From Octopus vulgaris (Eukaryota): a stretch of DNA of 64,000 nucleotides. The notes beneath the pieces were generated by a model. That model ran no database searches. It was not told the DNA's origin and saw only the letters and a list, made by a program, of their open reading frames with translations. Where the stretch lies: positions 72,850,001 to 72,914,000 of the forward strand of contig OX597821.1 in NCBI GenBank assembly GCA_951406725.2. The letters are read 5' to 3'. Both the position numbers and the translations under genes were made by a program. Positions 27,533 through 41,755 of the stretch are shown here, piece after piece (the stretch's first letter is position 1; every line of letters begins with the position of its first letter).

Positions 27533-27563
27533 CCCCCTCTCTCTCTATCTATCTATCCCTCTT

Positions 27564-27600
<37 letters not shown>

Positions 27601-27673
27601 CCCTGTCTCTCTCTCTATCTATCCCTCTCTCTCTCTCTCTATCTATCTATCAGTCTACCTATTTGTCTGTCTG

Positions 27674-27760
<87 letters not shown>
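27468..27760. repeat. (TATC)n/(TC)n/(TGTC)n compound microsatellite
   Basis: Direct reading; representative of dozens of (TA)n, (CA)n and (GA)n tracts across the window. Confidence 0.97.
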
Positions 27761-27762
<2 letters not shown>

Positions 27763-27967
27763 AGTATTCTAATAATGAGCAATATATATTCGTCTCACAG
27801 AAGTGTGATAAATTGAGTAATAAATTTCTTGATATTTACTAATGAGATACTTGTATCAATGGGGGTTCAACCACCTCATCGACAGCTGAAGAATATCATC
27901 GAAAATTACAATTAGCAGTTTTGGGAAACTCTTCTATTACACCGTTATGTATTGCTACAATGTATTG

Positions 27968-28029
<62 letters not shown>

Positions 28030-28097
28030 ACACACACACACACTCACATATATGTATTATATGTCTCTTCGTCTCTTGTTTTTTTGTGAATTCTCTC

Positions 28098-28164
<67 letters not shown>

Positions 28165-28193
28165 ATATGTGCGTGTGCGTGCGTATATATATA

Positions 28194-28262
<69 letters not shown>

Positions 28263-28399
28263 GTTGTGTATATATATATATATATATGCAATTTAGCAGA
28301 GCTCTAGAGTTTGCAGCAGACGCGAGGTTCGATTCCTTTCGGTGGTGTTGAAATTTTTTCCTTCTTCTTCCATCTACATAATACATTCATAACAAAATG

Positions 28400-29770
28400 T
28401 AAAGGGAATAATGAGTTCACACCTCATCAATTACATCATGCAAAAAACAACCCCAAATGCTATGGCGTCTCTTCATACTAATTTCTCGAGGGAAAAGCTA
28501 ATTACTTAAAAACACAATCTAAGGTCCTGGAGCGAAACATTTTCAAGCGACACCGTATAAATCACAAGTTTGCTTCCAATTTGCGGGACTTAAATCTGGA
28601 GATAAGAACAAAAAAACATTACCCCTAAGAAAGCCCCTTCTAAAAACCTTGAATCATTGTGGTCTAAGATCTGGAACGAAAAGAGATGTCACCAGAATGC
28701 ATCGTGTTTAAATACAGTTAGGAAAGAATACTGTACCAACATCCACGGTAAAAGATACACAATCGACCCTGAAACTTTCATCATAGCTATAGGCAAACTG
28801 TACGACGGGAATACACCTTGAGGAGACCTCATAGTTAAATATTGATACAAAAGGTTGACCGTCCACAGAAAGCCATTAATATCTATATTGAAAATACCTG
28901 TGCTTAGCCAGACGGACTGATCAAATTGGCTGGCTTGCTAATCGAAGAGAACAACAGCATACGTGTCGGCAGTGAGTTCCTTAGGAAACACTCTCTTCTG
29001 ACGACTTGGTAGTATATGACCCTAAAACAGCTGGGCAAACATATCTCAAAGAAAAACTGGGTGTGAAACGCTCAGCACACTCAAAAAAGACTGAGCATGC
29101 TCGTTCCTAGAGGAGACACGATACATCGCACTTTGAAGGTTATATGTTTGCCTCGTAATGGACGTTTTAGTAAAAGAACTAATAAAAAAAAGAGGCAATG
29201 AAATCCCTTCAGTCCCAAGATATAATAGAAAATGTCGATTATGTCACATTTCAGAAGATATTACGCTTGTAAGTAGGATCTGCCCCAAAATATCAAAGTA
29301 CTGTCTTCCAATGTTCTGGGTGAAACACTATACAATGCCATGTCCCGAAAATGGAATAAATGTTGGATCCATTCACAAACATCAACACAAGGAACTGGTG
29401 GGACATTCCCATCAAATCATCCTTCGAGTGGAAACATAACAGGCCGGATATAACAGGCTGGGACAGACAAGAAAAAAGTATTTAACCGCCATAGGGGTCA
29501 GTTGTCCTACTGGTTTGATTATCACTTCGAAAATCAAAGAGAAAGAGAATAACTATGGGAAACTACTTCGAATCCTTCAGCAGATACACCCAGATTATAA
29601 ATTCAAATTTGGTTTTGTTATTAACTGCTTCAGTGAAAATCTGGAGAACAAAGTGTTTTCAGAAAAAAAAAAGACCAGCTAAATTACACATTACAAATAC
29701 AGTCTGTAAGTGGAACAGTAAATATATACAAGACTTTTCTCAAATTCAATATGTAACAGACATTAAGTTT
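28400..29770 (+). mobile_element. Decayed R4/Dong-like non-LTR element with a restriction-like endonuclease
   Basis: ESLWSKIWN, then KCRLCH..EDI......CPK (CCHC knuckle), then HNRPDITGWDRQEKK....GVSCP (PD-(D/E)xK type). Most of the RT appears deleted. Confidence 0.7.
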
Positions 29771-30014
29771 TATTATCTACAATCCACCAATGTTAGAAAT
29801 CAACAACAGGAATACTTCAAATGATTCAAAATAGAAGAAAATATACATACATGGATGCATACATACACACACACATTTACATTCACGCATTGTGAGTTCT
29901 CCTTAAATCAGGACCCCCCCCCACTCTCAATATGAGTAACAAAGTGGTTATATTTTAATCCTCCATTGAGCAGTAAATTATTGATTATGGTGTATGACTG
30001 GTAAGAATGTTACT

Positions 30015-30250
30015 TATTTCTTTATTATCCACAAGGGGCCAAACATAGAGGGGACAAACAAGGAGAGATAAAGGGATTAAGTCGATTGCATCGACCCCCG
30101 TGCGACACTGTTACTTAATTTATCGACCCCGAAATGATGAAAGGCAAAGTCGACCTCGGCGGAATTTGAACTCAGAACGTAAAAAGACAGACGAAATACA
30201 GGTAAGCATTTCGCCCGGATTGCTAACGTTTCTGCCAGCTCACAGCCTTA
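30015..30250 (-). mobile_element. SINE A with a 22-bp TSD
   Basis: tatgactggtaagaatgttact at 29993-30014 and 30251-30272. Confidence 0.95.
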
Positions 30251-30485
30251 TATGACTGGTAAGAATGTTACTGTCGGTTTCGTGCCGGGTATCGCACTCA
30301 GGCAATATTGACCATCCTTTTATGTTGAATATATATATATAAATTCTGGGTGGCAGGGTGTTGGTAAACACGAAGTAGTGAACAAAATTCTAGCATTTTT
30401 TCTGGGAGAAAAAGAAGAGTTATTTCCCATGAATTAGTGTTAACCATGGGGGTAGCATGTAAGCGATGAGTGCGTGTATGTATGT

Positions 30486-30559
<74 letters not shown>

Positions 30560-31845
30560 TTCCCTAGTTAAAAAGGCGACATGACCCTATCGACAGCGAA
30601 ATTCTGCTCATGAAGACAGCGTTCGAAAATTTCGCTTTTTGAGTTCAGGAAAGCACCTGGATCATATGACTTTTTAAGAATGATTTCCCTCTCCAACAAG
30701 CATCTATCTCTCTTCAAATGTACAGATCATCACAGTTACCTCCACTTGATTTTGTATGGTTTTGCTTTCTGTTTTGATCGCCGTCGTTATATATAGCTAA
30801 CGAAATTTATAACATAATACCTCTTTTGTATTCTAAAAGAAGATCTGTGATTTTTCAGCCTTGCTTTAAAGGCATTCTCCGTTGCCCAGATGTATTAATT
30901 CACTCCGTTGTTTTGGGCGATATCACCTTTGCTTCGTGCAAAGGTGATATCACCTTTGTGTTGCATTGAAAATCATTATAAGCTCTATATGAGCATCCTA
31001 CTTTTAGAGGTTCTCTCTAGGCGCACAGCTGAATGAAACCCTTTTGTTATGTTTATTAAATATTTTCTATAGCTATGATCCTGTATAAAATGTTTACTCA
31101 GGAGAAACGGGTTCCACTTTTTCGATGCTGGCCTCATGAACGAAATTTCATTTAGATAACGTGATCATGTCGGTTTTTGATCTCAAGAACTAAACACACG
31201 CGTGCAAAATACACATAAAGAATCACATACACATATATATATATCAGTATGCACACACACACACACATATGCATACAAACACATTCATACGTACACATAA
31301 ACATATACAAGCATCTAAAATCATGTTGTAATGAGAAGTGATTCCTGGTGAAAGAGAATGGTTTGTTTGAGTGTTCGTTTTTAAGTTATAAACTTGAGAA
31401 AACATGAAAGGTAAGTAAAAAATATGGAATCGAGAAATGAATAAGAAAAGCGAAAACGTCTAAAGTGATTCAGTTTAGATATTATTAAAAAAAAAGTCAA
31501 TAGGTTATAGGTAGGAATCGTTTCTTGCATTCGATGACCTTTCGCGATAACAGAATTATGTTTATGTCATGGTGTGAGAAGCGAGGAAAGAGTTTTGGAA
31601 ATAAATTTGGAAATAAAATAATGATCTGTGTTTTGGTTTATTTTCCATTTTGGTTTGTTTCTGTTACTATCGCGACATTTGTAAATAAAATAGATTACGC
31701 GGCTGAATCGTACGTGCGTACACACAGTCGGCAGCGGTAGACACACACAGACACATACAGGACCATATACACACACACGCACGATGTATTTGATAAACTT
31801 AAATGACCAAGAAGACTACTAGTCAACGACGAACCGCCTATAAAT

Positions 31846-31885
<40 letters not shown>

Positions 31886-32004
31886 TTTATATGATATACA
31901 AATACGTGTGTGGGTGTGCGTGTATGTATGTGTGAATGCATATTAATGGATGTATATATATGCAGGCAGATACATATGCATACGTGTATGTATATATGTA
32001 TATG

Positions 32005-32085
<81 letters not shown>

Positions 32086-32494
32086 TATATACGCATGCAT
32101 GGTTATGTATGTTTATGTAGATACGTGTATGTATGTGCGTATATGCATATATATATGTATATACATATATGTGTATATATTAATATGTATGTATATATAT
32201 ATACATATATATTTCAATATATGTATATACGCACGCGCGCACACACACACACACACATATATACATATATATATAAGTATGCACATGTATGTATATTGCT
32301 CTGTAAGAATGGTAAATTCTATTAAAATATATATTTTACTCAATTCAAGCCTGTTCTGATCCAGGACTCAACAGGTTGGGTAGACTTGATGCATATATCT
32401 CAACAGTTGCCAGTCTCCCTCGAGTTTCGAACCAGGTTCTCAACTGTCTTCACCAACCCTCCGCCAAGGCAACACCAACGTCCTCTCAACGATT

Positions 32495-32806
32495 AGCCGG
32501 AGATGATTTTTAAAATTGAGAATATCTGAAATAAACTTGACTGCTCTCACAAACTAGAATACTAAAAATGAACCCGACCGCTCTCAAAAATTAAGAAAAA
32601 AAACCGGAAAAAATAATCCAGAATCCTTGTTCGGTACCGGATCAATCCTTAAATCTCATCAGTTCGTGCCAGTCCCGAGGTCAAACATCTCTGAAAGTTT
32701 GATTCGAATCCATCCAGCGGTTCTTGAGATATCATGTCCACGGACAAACAAACAATCAAACGCCACTGAAAACAATACCTGCGCCTTCCCTAAGACGGAG
32801 GTAATA
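32495..32806 (+). mobile_element. Helentron-associated (HINE/DINE-like) element end
   Basis: (acaa)n, then aaaacaat and the subterminal hairpin acctgcgcctt...aagacggaggt aataa. Confidence 0.5.
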
Positions 32807-32849
32807 ATTGTAGAAGAAACAATAATAACAACTATAGTAGTTGTATAAG

Positions 32850-33560
32850 AAATTATAATGTGGAATCAAGAAGAACAAGATTCACGGTAGAAATAAGAGG
32901 TCTTTGTAGTCGTACCCATACGATTATAACAAACACAATAGCAACTATACGTAGATTTGAAAAAGGGAAACTTAGTGTACTAAACCGAATCCACAAAATG
33001 TAAACACTGAAACTAGGGTGACTTATGATAATTGGGAAAATAGAAATAGGAATGCCACGTGATATACCCCCCCCCCAAAAAAAAAATCTGCAGATAAAAC
33101 ATAGATACTAAAATATTCTTCTCTCTACCTAAAAATAACTCCCTGCCTAACAATAAATACTACCAAATATTTAATAAGTATGCTTATCGAACTATATAAC
33201 ATGAACAATCGAACTTAAGTAATGATAGCGCACCTGTTGATCAGTTACAGATCATTTAAACATTGGTTTCAAGCACGACTACCTCTGCAGGCGATTGTCA
33301 TCCAAACTTCAACTATGACCATATTTCAAATAATCTTAGTAATTTGCTGCAAACATGTAATTATAAAATTATCAATGATTGCCCAGTAAACGGCAATTGT
33401 CTTGCCAAAAACATAGTATACAGATGCAGCATAATTATACGTGCGTACAGTAAGGAATACATTACTTACGGCAAATATTTTCAAGAAGCGTTTTATGTTT
33501 TTACGTGCTTGTGCAATCTTTCAAAAATCCTAGGTTGGCCCAGTCAACTTTGCTGAAGAG
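32850..33560 (+). mobile_element. Decayed Naiad-type PLE endonuclease fragment
   Basis: TCNYKIINDCPVNGNCLAKNIVYRC resembles the knuckle and GIY motif of the 47673 ORF. Confidence 0.6.
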
Positions 33561-34598
33561 ATTTGGCAACTAAAAAAAAAACAAAAACAAAACAAAAGTA
33601 TCCACCACACATTGCAGTGAAATATAGTAAAATCCGCAACTTCATACGTAGGGGAAGGAAAGCCGTGTCAGTTATGACCGAATTCTTTGTTATGAATGGT
33701 AAAATATCCACTTGTACAGCACGTGGGTACATGGTGTCCCTTAATAGCTGACCTGAAAGAGTCTTGGAATAGAGTTGGTATGTCATTGATGTGGTCGCGA
33801 ACGGCAACCAAAGGACTTTGGACAAACCTAAGTAATTGATTGATTGACAGAACGATTAATCAAACAATCGATCAGTTAACTGATTAAACAATCAACGAAT
33901 TGACCAATAATAACAAAGCAAGTGAAATAGAACCAGCACGTGTGTTTATTAGTGTTATAATGACCGTCCCGAGTTAGAAGGAAGAAAGTTACTTTTAAGA
34001 GCTAAAAATTTCATCCTGAAAAGCGACGTTAATGAAGCAGATACTTCCCTTCTTCGTTGCACCCCTTAACATGTCATCTGGTACCCATCACCCAGTGGGG
34101 ACTGGCAATCCGGTTAGAAGTCCCTGCGGGACATAGATACAACAGGACTGAATAAAGCACGACTTAGTTTCGCCAGGAACGTCTGGGTCAAGGCCAAACT
34201 GGAGCCGAACAACAACAACAACAACGAAGGCAACAATTTATTGAATCCAGAGGCAGACTTCTACTCGTATCTCTATTAAAATTTAGACAGCGGAAACATC
34301 GACATAAGTTTAGCTAAAGAACAATAACGCCGCAGATTTCATGGTAGAGTACAAAGTTAAAATAAAACCTGTGTGGAGGGACTGGAAGGAAAATGATTAG
34401 AATTACATCATAATGGCGGTAATAACAATCAATACTTCAGATCCGAAAGAAAAGAAGCTTCTCTTTGTTTGCACACGTGACCGCATCTCTGCACATACAC
34501 CATATTCATTTTCAAGCAATACTGAAAAATTATTTATATGAATATATATATATGTATATGTATATGTATGTATATATATGTATATACATATATATATA

Positions 34599-34685
<87 letters not shown>

Positions 34686-34702
34686 GCATATATATGTATG
34701 TA

Positions 34703-34741
<39 letters not shown>

Positions 34742-34937
34742 GCAATATCCCGTTAAATAAATTTTGTTCAGCTCACTTCACTTTCCTGTAATTGAATGTT
34801 CACTATGGGTGTGTGTATGTGTGTGTGTGCGTGTGTGTGTGTGGTGTGTGTGTGTGGTGTGTACATGGTGTGTGTGTGTGTGTGTGCACGCGCACGCGTT
34901 TGTGTATTTGTGTGTGCAATTATGTATGTATGTATAT

Positions 34938-34968
<31 letters not shown>

Positions 34969-35165
34969 TGTATATATGGTGTGTATGTGTGCGTATATGA
35001 ATGTATACAACGATATTCATTAGAATGAATAACGCTATATTTCTGAGAAGACACAGGAGAGAGAGAGAGAGAGAGAAACGAAGAAAGAGAAAAAGACAAA
35101 GAGACCGAGAGATAGATACGACAGACAGAGACTTTGATTTTGTAACCCTTACTTATATACTAACA

Positions 35166-35216
<51 letters not shown>

Positions 35217-36067
35217 ACCCGCGCGCGCGCGGGTGCACACACCATCAGAAAGTTATACCCAACCCCATCGGTTAGTTCCGTGTTTAGTTCAGTGCACATA
35301 ACTGAGTCAAAAGACTTCCTCCGCTCAATGCCTGCATTGTTGTAATTCTTGGAAATCCTGCGAACAATTACGTCTCCCTTCAACTCTCTCACTTTTGTAT
35401 TCAGCAAAGAATTCTTCATTTTCTCCATCCCTTCCTCCCCTTCTCCCGCTCTGTCTGCTTGAGTTGGTGAAATAATGGTTCAATGATGAGATTTCACTTC
35501 ATAGGTAAGCGCTTATAAACGATTCATTAACGCCACACTAACTTTCGCTTTCTATTGAGGATTTCTTACACAGAGTCATTGGCTCATATTTACGGTCAAA
35601 ATAAATCGTTTCTCGAATCTACAAAGGATAATGGTGTTGTCGATGCTTATCGGGGTTTTATTTCGTCGTAGAGTTAAGTGAATGAGAGAGAAGTAATTCC
35701 TCCGAGGTTGGTCGCTTGTTTATCACCGGTAATTTTTGGCTGCGGTAGGAATTGAAATTAGTATTACTTACGGACTGGAACTATACCGCGATGTGGTACA
35801 GCATAATTTAGTTGAGAATTGAACTCGTGACTGCTAATAACCAACGTAGCACTTCTCTGACCCATCGTTCTAATTTTGAATTTAGAGAAACGGCGAGACT
35901 TAATCTATCAGCTTAATCTATTAATACTCGGTTCTTTGGTGGAATCGACTCTGCTGAAAGTTAAGGACGCCTTTGTCGTCTTGAAGCTAAATCGATTTCT
36001 GTTTGCAGTAATTCAAGAAACCAGGGATCATTGTTTCATTCTTCGTCATAAAAAAAACAAAAACTGG

Positions 36068-36386
36068 TCCTGCGTCGGTTACGACGACGAGTATTCTGGT
36101 TGATCAGATCGACGGATCAGCCTGCTCGTGAAATTAACGCGCAAGTGGCTGAGTACTCCACAGACACGCGTACCCCTAACATAGTTCTCTGTGAGATTCA
36201 GTGTGACACAGTGTGATATGGATGGCCCCATTGAATTACAGGTACAACTCATTTTTGTCAGCTGAGTGAAGTGGAGTAAAGGGAAATAAAATGTTTTGCG
36301 GAAGAAGACAGTGCACTGCCAGGAATCGAACGCATGACGTTACGACCGTGAGCCGAACACCCTAACCACTAAGCTACGTGCCTTCA
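36068..36386 (-). mobile_element. SINE family C
   Basis: Shares gctcgtgaaattaacg.gcaagtggctgag.actccacagacacg with 5205-5502. Confidence 0.88.
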
Positions 36387-36418
36387 TCATCGTCATAAAT
36401 ATAAACATCTTCGGTATA

Positions 36419-36552
36419 GTGAGTGGATTTATTAGACGGAAAATGAAAGAAGCCCGTCGTGTATATATGTGTGTGTGTTTGTTCCCAGCATTGCTTGACT
36501 ACCGATGGTGGTGTGTTTACGTCTCCGTAACTTAGCGGCAAAAGAGACCAAT
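36419..36552 (+). mobile_element. Partial older SINE B directly upstream of the full copy
   Basis: gtgagtggattt...gaagcccgtcg...cgtaacttagcggcaaaagagacc. Confidence 0.85.
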
Positions 36553-36715
36553 AGGCGCAGGAGTGGCTGTGTGGTAAGTAGCTTACTTGCCAACCACATG
36601 GTCCCGGGTTCAGTCCCACTGCGTGGCACCTTGGGCAAGTGTCTTCTACTATAGCCTCGGGCCGACCAAAGCCTTGTGAGTGGATTTGGTAGATAGAAAC
36701 TAAAAAAGCCCGTCG

Positions 36716-36763
<48 letters not shown>

Positions 36764-36988
36764 TGTGCGTGTATATGTTTGTGTGTGTGTGTTTGTTCCC
36801 TCCAACATCGCTTGACAACCGATGCTGGTGTGTTTACGTCCCCGTAACTAAGCGGTTCGGCAAGAAAGACCGATAGAATAAGTACTAGGCTTACAAAGAA
36901 TAAGTCCTGGGGTCGATCTGTTCAACTAAAGGCGGTGCTCCACTATGGCCGCAGTCAAATGACTGAAACAAGTAAAAGAATAAAAGGA
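36553..36988 (+). mobile_element. SINE family B, full length
   Basis: A-box tggctgtgtgg, B-box ggttcagtccc, accttgggcaagtg (CORE-like) and tail ggcggtgctcc...cagtcaaatgactgaaac. Confidence 0.92.
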
Positions 36989-37336
36989 TAGCAATCCAGA
37001 AAAAAAAAAAATGGTTTCTATTCTATTCTTATAGGGAAATAATATTTCACTTATACTTTGGTCCAGCATCAATAAAAATTTATTCAGCTTTATTTATTGA
37101 TTTCGAAGCTTCTATTTCTAAACCTTTATAATAAAAGAAGTACCAAATTTTGCCATTTTGTTAGCAATTAGTGAATCGAATATTAAAACAGACATGTTTG
37201 CAAGAAAATAGCGACGATCTTTTGATAATACTTTATGAGAAGAGAATATGGCGTCTCGCAAATCTCCGATAAGTCTTTTGCTTAAAAGGATTTGAGTGAA
37301 ATGTACGCGTATTTGTACGTGTGTAAGTGTGTCTGT

Positions 37337-37400
<64 letters not shown>

Positions 37401-37754
37401 CCATGATATGTGTAATTTGTGAAATAAGATAATTTTGCGTGTTGTGAACAGTCAATTTCGTCCAGGGGCCATTCGTCGTAAAAATGAGAAATGAGTTTAG
37501 TTGGCTGTGAATAAAGGTGAGAAAGAATCCTTCAAATTGTAGCTTTTTCTTGAGTATTTTTTGTATGTTGTGTGTGTATGTGTGTGTGTGTGTATGCTGT
37601 GTGTGTGCGCATGAATGTGTATGCATATATATATATACATTAAAATACAGGTGCTTATGTATATCTATGTGTGTGTATTATACATATATACATGTACATA
37701 TATACACATATAAAATATAAGCACTATCCTTTTATCTATCTACCTACCTACCTA

Positions 37755-38826
37755 CCGGTCCAGTTTTCCGCGGTTGGATCGCTGCTTTATACAGCGGCAT
37801 CCGCTCGGTAGTTCGCGTAAACGGTCATCTATCTAAACCATTTAACATCATGCGTTCGGTCCGTCAAGGATGCCCCCTCTCGTCACTTCTGTATGTATTG
37901 ACTCTAGAGCCTCTACTGCAGAAGCTGGCAACGCTGAGGGATGCAGGAGGAGCGTGTCTGCATATGCGGACGACATCACCGTGAAAGTAGCGAGCCACAG
38001 GCACATCGACCTGGTCGGTGAGACACTAAAAGAATACGAAGCGGTAACGAGAGAGAAAATTAACCCAGAAAAGTCAATGGGCTTGTGGCTCGGCACCTGG
38101 AGAAGCAAGCCCATGCCGTCCAACAGCGTCTCCATCGTGGGACACCGGACCGAAGGTCCAGTTAAATTGCTCGGAGCTTGGTTCGGTCCAGACCTCCAAA
38201 TGCGACGAGATAACGAGTAGGGTGGCCACTCTCACCCAGCAATGGGCCGAGAGGAAGCTACGTCTAAATGGTCGGACTGAGGTGGCGAACGCGTACATCA
38301 CATCCTTCATCTACTACCGTCTGACTGTCGTGCCTTATCCCCATCCTACCATAATAAAACTAGAACGCATACTCATCCGCTTTTTGTGGAAGGAAAGCGT
38401 TCCGATGTTTAGGCAATCCATTTGCTGCTAAATTGAGGGCTGGGCATACCGTGGTTAATGATATACAGACATGCGCTGGGACTGCGACATCTCTAGCGCT
38501 TCATAGACGAAGGTGAACAGGTGTGGTCGCTGTTTCTGAGATGCGCTTTCTCGCAACTCTCGTCTCTTTGATTGAACTGTAACCGTGGATCAGATACCGA
38601 AGTTGGGCGAATAGCACCGTGAGTGTCACCATGCTCTCAAACGACTCTGCCGTCCGGGATCAAACTTGCGCGACTTCAATTCCATGAAGGAATTCTATAG
38701 AGGATTAGTGGAGGGGAGGTGCGACGACATTCTTGGGGAGACCCTGGGTGTCGACGAGGAATAACTGGCCCGCCTCTTCAGAACAACTTTCGGGCCGGGA
38801 CCTATGGGCAATTTCCAGAGAGGAGA
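37755..38826 (+). mobile_element. Tx1/L1-clade LINE RT fragment
   Basis: WIAALYSGIRSVVRVNGHLSKPF..RSVRQG; SAYADDITV; YEAVT..KINPEKS.GLWLG; W..RKL.L.GR..VAN. Confidence 0.88.
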
Positions 38827-39158
38827 AAGTGTACGTGTATATGAAATGGATGTGTGTGAAAGAGAGAGAGAGAGAGAGAGGGAGGGAGAAAGAGAGAGAA
38901 AGAGAGAGAGGGAGAGAGAGAGAGAAAGCGAGAGAGAAAGAGAGAGGGAGGAAGAGAGAGAGATACAAAGAGTGAGTGAAGGGGTGTGTTGTCATGTATA
39001 CGTACATACATCAATACATATGCGTACATCCTTTTTTTGTATGTACGTGTGCATGTGTGCATGTGTGTGTGTGTGTGAGAGAGAGAGTAAGTGAGTGAGC
39101 GTGTGTGTTCTCATGTATGTGTAAGTGGCTCTCTTTCTCTCTCTCACACACACACGCA

Positions 39159-39192
<34 letters not shown>

Positions 39193-39498
39193 CATTTCAT
39201 AAACACATTCATACATCTTTCACTTTCTTCTCTCTTTCATTTTAAAATAAAAGTAACAGCAGATTTTCAAGATAAAAATTGTTAAAAAAAACACAAGGCT
39301 TCTACTCATGTAAACTGACGACTATTGTTTGGATAGTTCCAATTAAATCAGTTCAGAAGTCAGGTTAAATATATATACATGCATAAGTACCGTGAATTCC
39401 CATTCTACAAAAATGGCAAACAATTCCGTGAATACTTTACCGGGCAACGCTGGGTAGGATATATATATATATATATAATATATATAAATGTATATTTA

Positions 39499-39536
<38 letters not shown>

Positions 39537-39719
39537 GTGGCTGCCCCCTTGTTATCGTTATAGCCATTGCGCGAAGCTTAATCAATGTTGTTATCGTGCA
39601 ATGCTTGTGCAGGAAGATTTTTTTTAAAGTGAGGAAAGGCTGTGCACTGAGTCAATCCCACTCACTAAGCAACAGCAGCCATAATCCGAAAAGAAGAACA
39701 AGTCAACATCATCGGTAAC

Positions 39720-40087
39720 CACTGAGCCGCAGGTTTTACGTCGGAGTTATCCCAGTTACCTGAGTTACCTTCTCCTAGAAGGATGCCCTAACAAAGGCTA
39801 GGAGTCCTTCACTCCCAATGGTTTAACCGCGCGATCGGGTATTCAGTTCGATTATTTCTATATCCCCGCGCATGATACAGCCTTAAGACATTTATTGGAT
39901 GGCCGTTGACTATCAAGAGTTCCTCCGCCCTTTGACGGGTCTTGTTTTTCATTCCGCAGGGTGTCCAATAAACACCCTCCTCACCAAGCAAGCTTAGTGG
40001 GGTTGCCGGTTTAGTCGCCGACGACCCGACCATGCAACAGGTTGTACTGGGTTACATGAAACCAGTAGCACTCGACAGTGACCTGAC
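39720..40087 (-). mobile_element. GC-richer interspersed repeat, possibly an RTE-type 5' UTR fragment
   Basis: Sharp composition boundary against a (TA)n tract; the motif ctaggagaaggtaactc resembles RTE 5' regions as recalled. Not verified. Confidence 0.35.
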
Positions 40088-40099
40088 ATATATATATAT

Positions 40100-40550
40100 A
40101 TGAATTTTATGGGATCCGTTTCCGTTTTGACGTATTTTGGTATGGTATCAAAGAGAGCTGGACCGGTTGAGGTAAAGTAGTTCTGGCGTAATGTTATGTG
40201 ATTTGAGTTCGATTTTTGTAGTGGGCGGATAGCACGGGGGCCAAGTCTTGGGTTGATTTTAAAATTGATGCCAGCATCATTTGTGCGACATTGATGGAAT
40301 ATTTTCCACATCACACAAGTGACGTAGCGCTCCCGGCTGCGTTGGCGAGAGTAGAGATTGAGCTTTTTAGTCGACCTCAATAGTCAATGCCTCTCATGTC
40401 ATCTGTCTTTCCTGTTATTGACCTCTGGAGTGCTTCCACTTTCATTATGAGTTGCTTCGTATGGGGAACCACAGTGGGCAACTGTATTCAAGGTGGGATC
40501 GGACAAAAGTAGAGAAGAGAAGGATGATGGTGTAGGCATCTTTAGAACGG
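40100..40550 (-). mobile_element. CR1/L2-group LINE post-RT fragment
   Basis: HLEYSCPLWFPH....KVEALQRSIT and LNLYSRQRSRERY....WKI...RLG...F...GPALF. Confidence 0.8.
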
Positions 40551-41229
40551 AAAGTTCTCAGATATATATGTATATATGTCCACACACACACATTCATATG
40601 TCTAATGGATACCAGTTATATCCGAAGCTAGCTGTTTCAGCTGTTCAATCAAGCCATGTAGAGCCCCGTTATTTTAATGAACAACCGGGTCATGCTGCAC
40701 ACAGACACACACATACGGGTGTGTTTAATTGTGAAAGCCAGGCTAAATTAATATCACATCATAGTGTTGGATCTTTGAGCTACAGGCAGAGTTCATTGAG
40801 AGGTTTCCGCACAGTTTCCCTCTACACTCATTTACTGACCTTGCCATCATGCCACGCAGTGGGATGGAACCGGGATATCACACCGCATACACACATATGC
40901 ACGCACCCTCACATCTTCCCCGTCACATTTAACCCCAAACACAAGACAGGTTTTGCGAGGGAAAAATGAAAATATATATCTAAATAAAAAAAAAAGTTGT
41001 TTAATTTGAATTATGAAAGAAATGCTAACAATATATTAATTAACACCAGTTAATTAGAGAATTAACTCTCTCTCACACACACGAATACAATCGTTTCACG
41101 GGAAATTTAATTATTCAGGAAATATAAAGGTCACAGATTTCACTCGACACATTTGTTTACTGACACCGCTGATGTCATTCGAACGACACGATTATCGATT
41201 TGAAGACCATCGCTACAGCCACGACCATC

Positions 41230-41540
41230 ACCACCTCCACCGCCAGCACCTCCGCCGCCAGCACCTCCGCCGCCAGCACCTCCGCCGCCAGCACCTCCGC
41301 CGCCAGCACCTCCGCCGCCAGCACCTCCGCCGCCAGCATCTCCACCGCCAGCACCTCTGCCACCAACACCTCCGCCTTCATCACCATAACCAACTCCATC
41401 GCCATGACTGTCACCACCACTCATCATGATCATACATACTTTTACATCAGCAATAGCAGAGCAGCACTGTCAACACTTCCACCACCTTCACCTCCATCGC
41501 CACTGCGACCACCACCACTACTACCACCACCACCACCACC

Positions 41541-41593
<53 letters not shown>

Positions 41594-41755
41594 CGCCACC
41601 ACCACTTTCACCACCATCACCACTGCGATCACCACCACCGCCACAACCACCACCACCACCACCACCGCCTCCACCACCATCACTACCCCCATTACACCAC
41701 CTTCATCTCCATAACTACTGCGACCACCGCCACCACCACCACCACCACCACCACT
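41230..41755. repeat. 15-bp minisatellite (CACCTCCGCCGCCAG)n followed by (CCA)n/(CAA)n
   Basis: About 8 units at 41231-41380, then trinucleotide repeats. Confidence 0.95.

Noticed and set aside
35153-35428. 91-aa minus-strand ORF (MEKMKNSLL...)
   Set aside because: No recognisable domain, and it runs into (TG)n; the plus-strand UTR-exon reading is at least as plausible.
36300-36386. tRNA gene candidates (also 5420-5502, 36553-36620, 60064-60150)
   Set aside because: These are tRNA-derived SINE heads continuing into multi-copy SINE bodies, with no proper cloverleaf or terminator.
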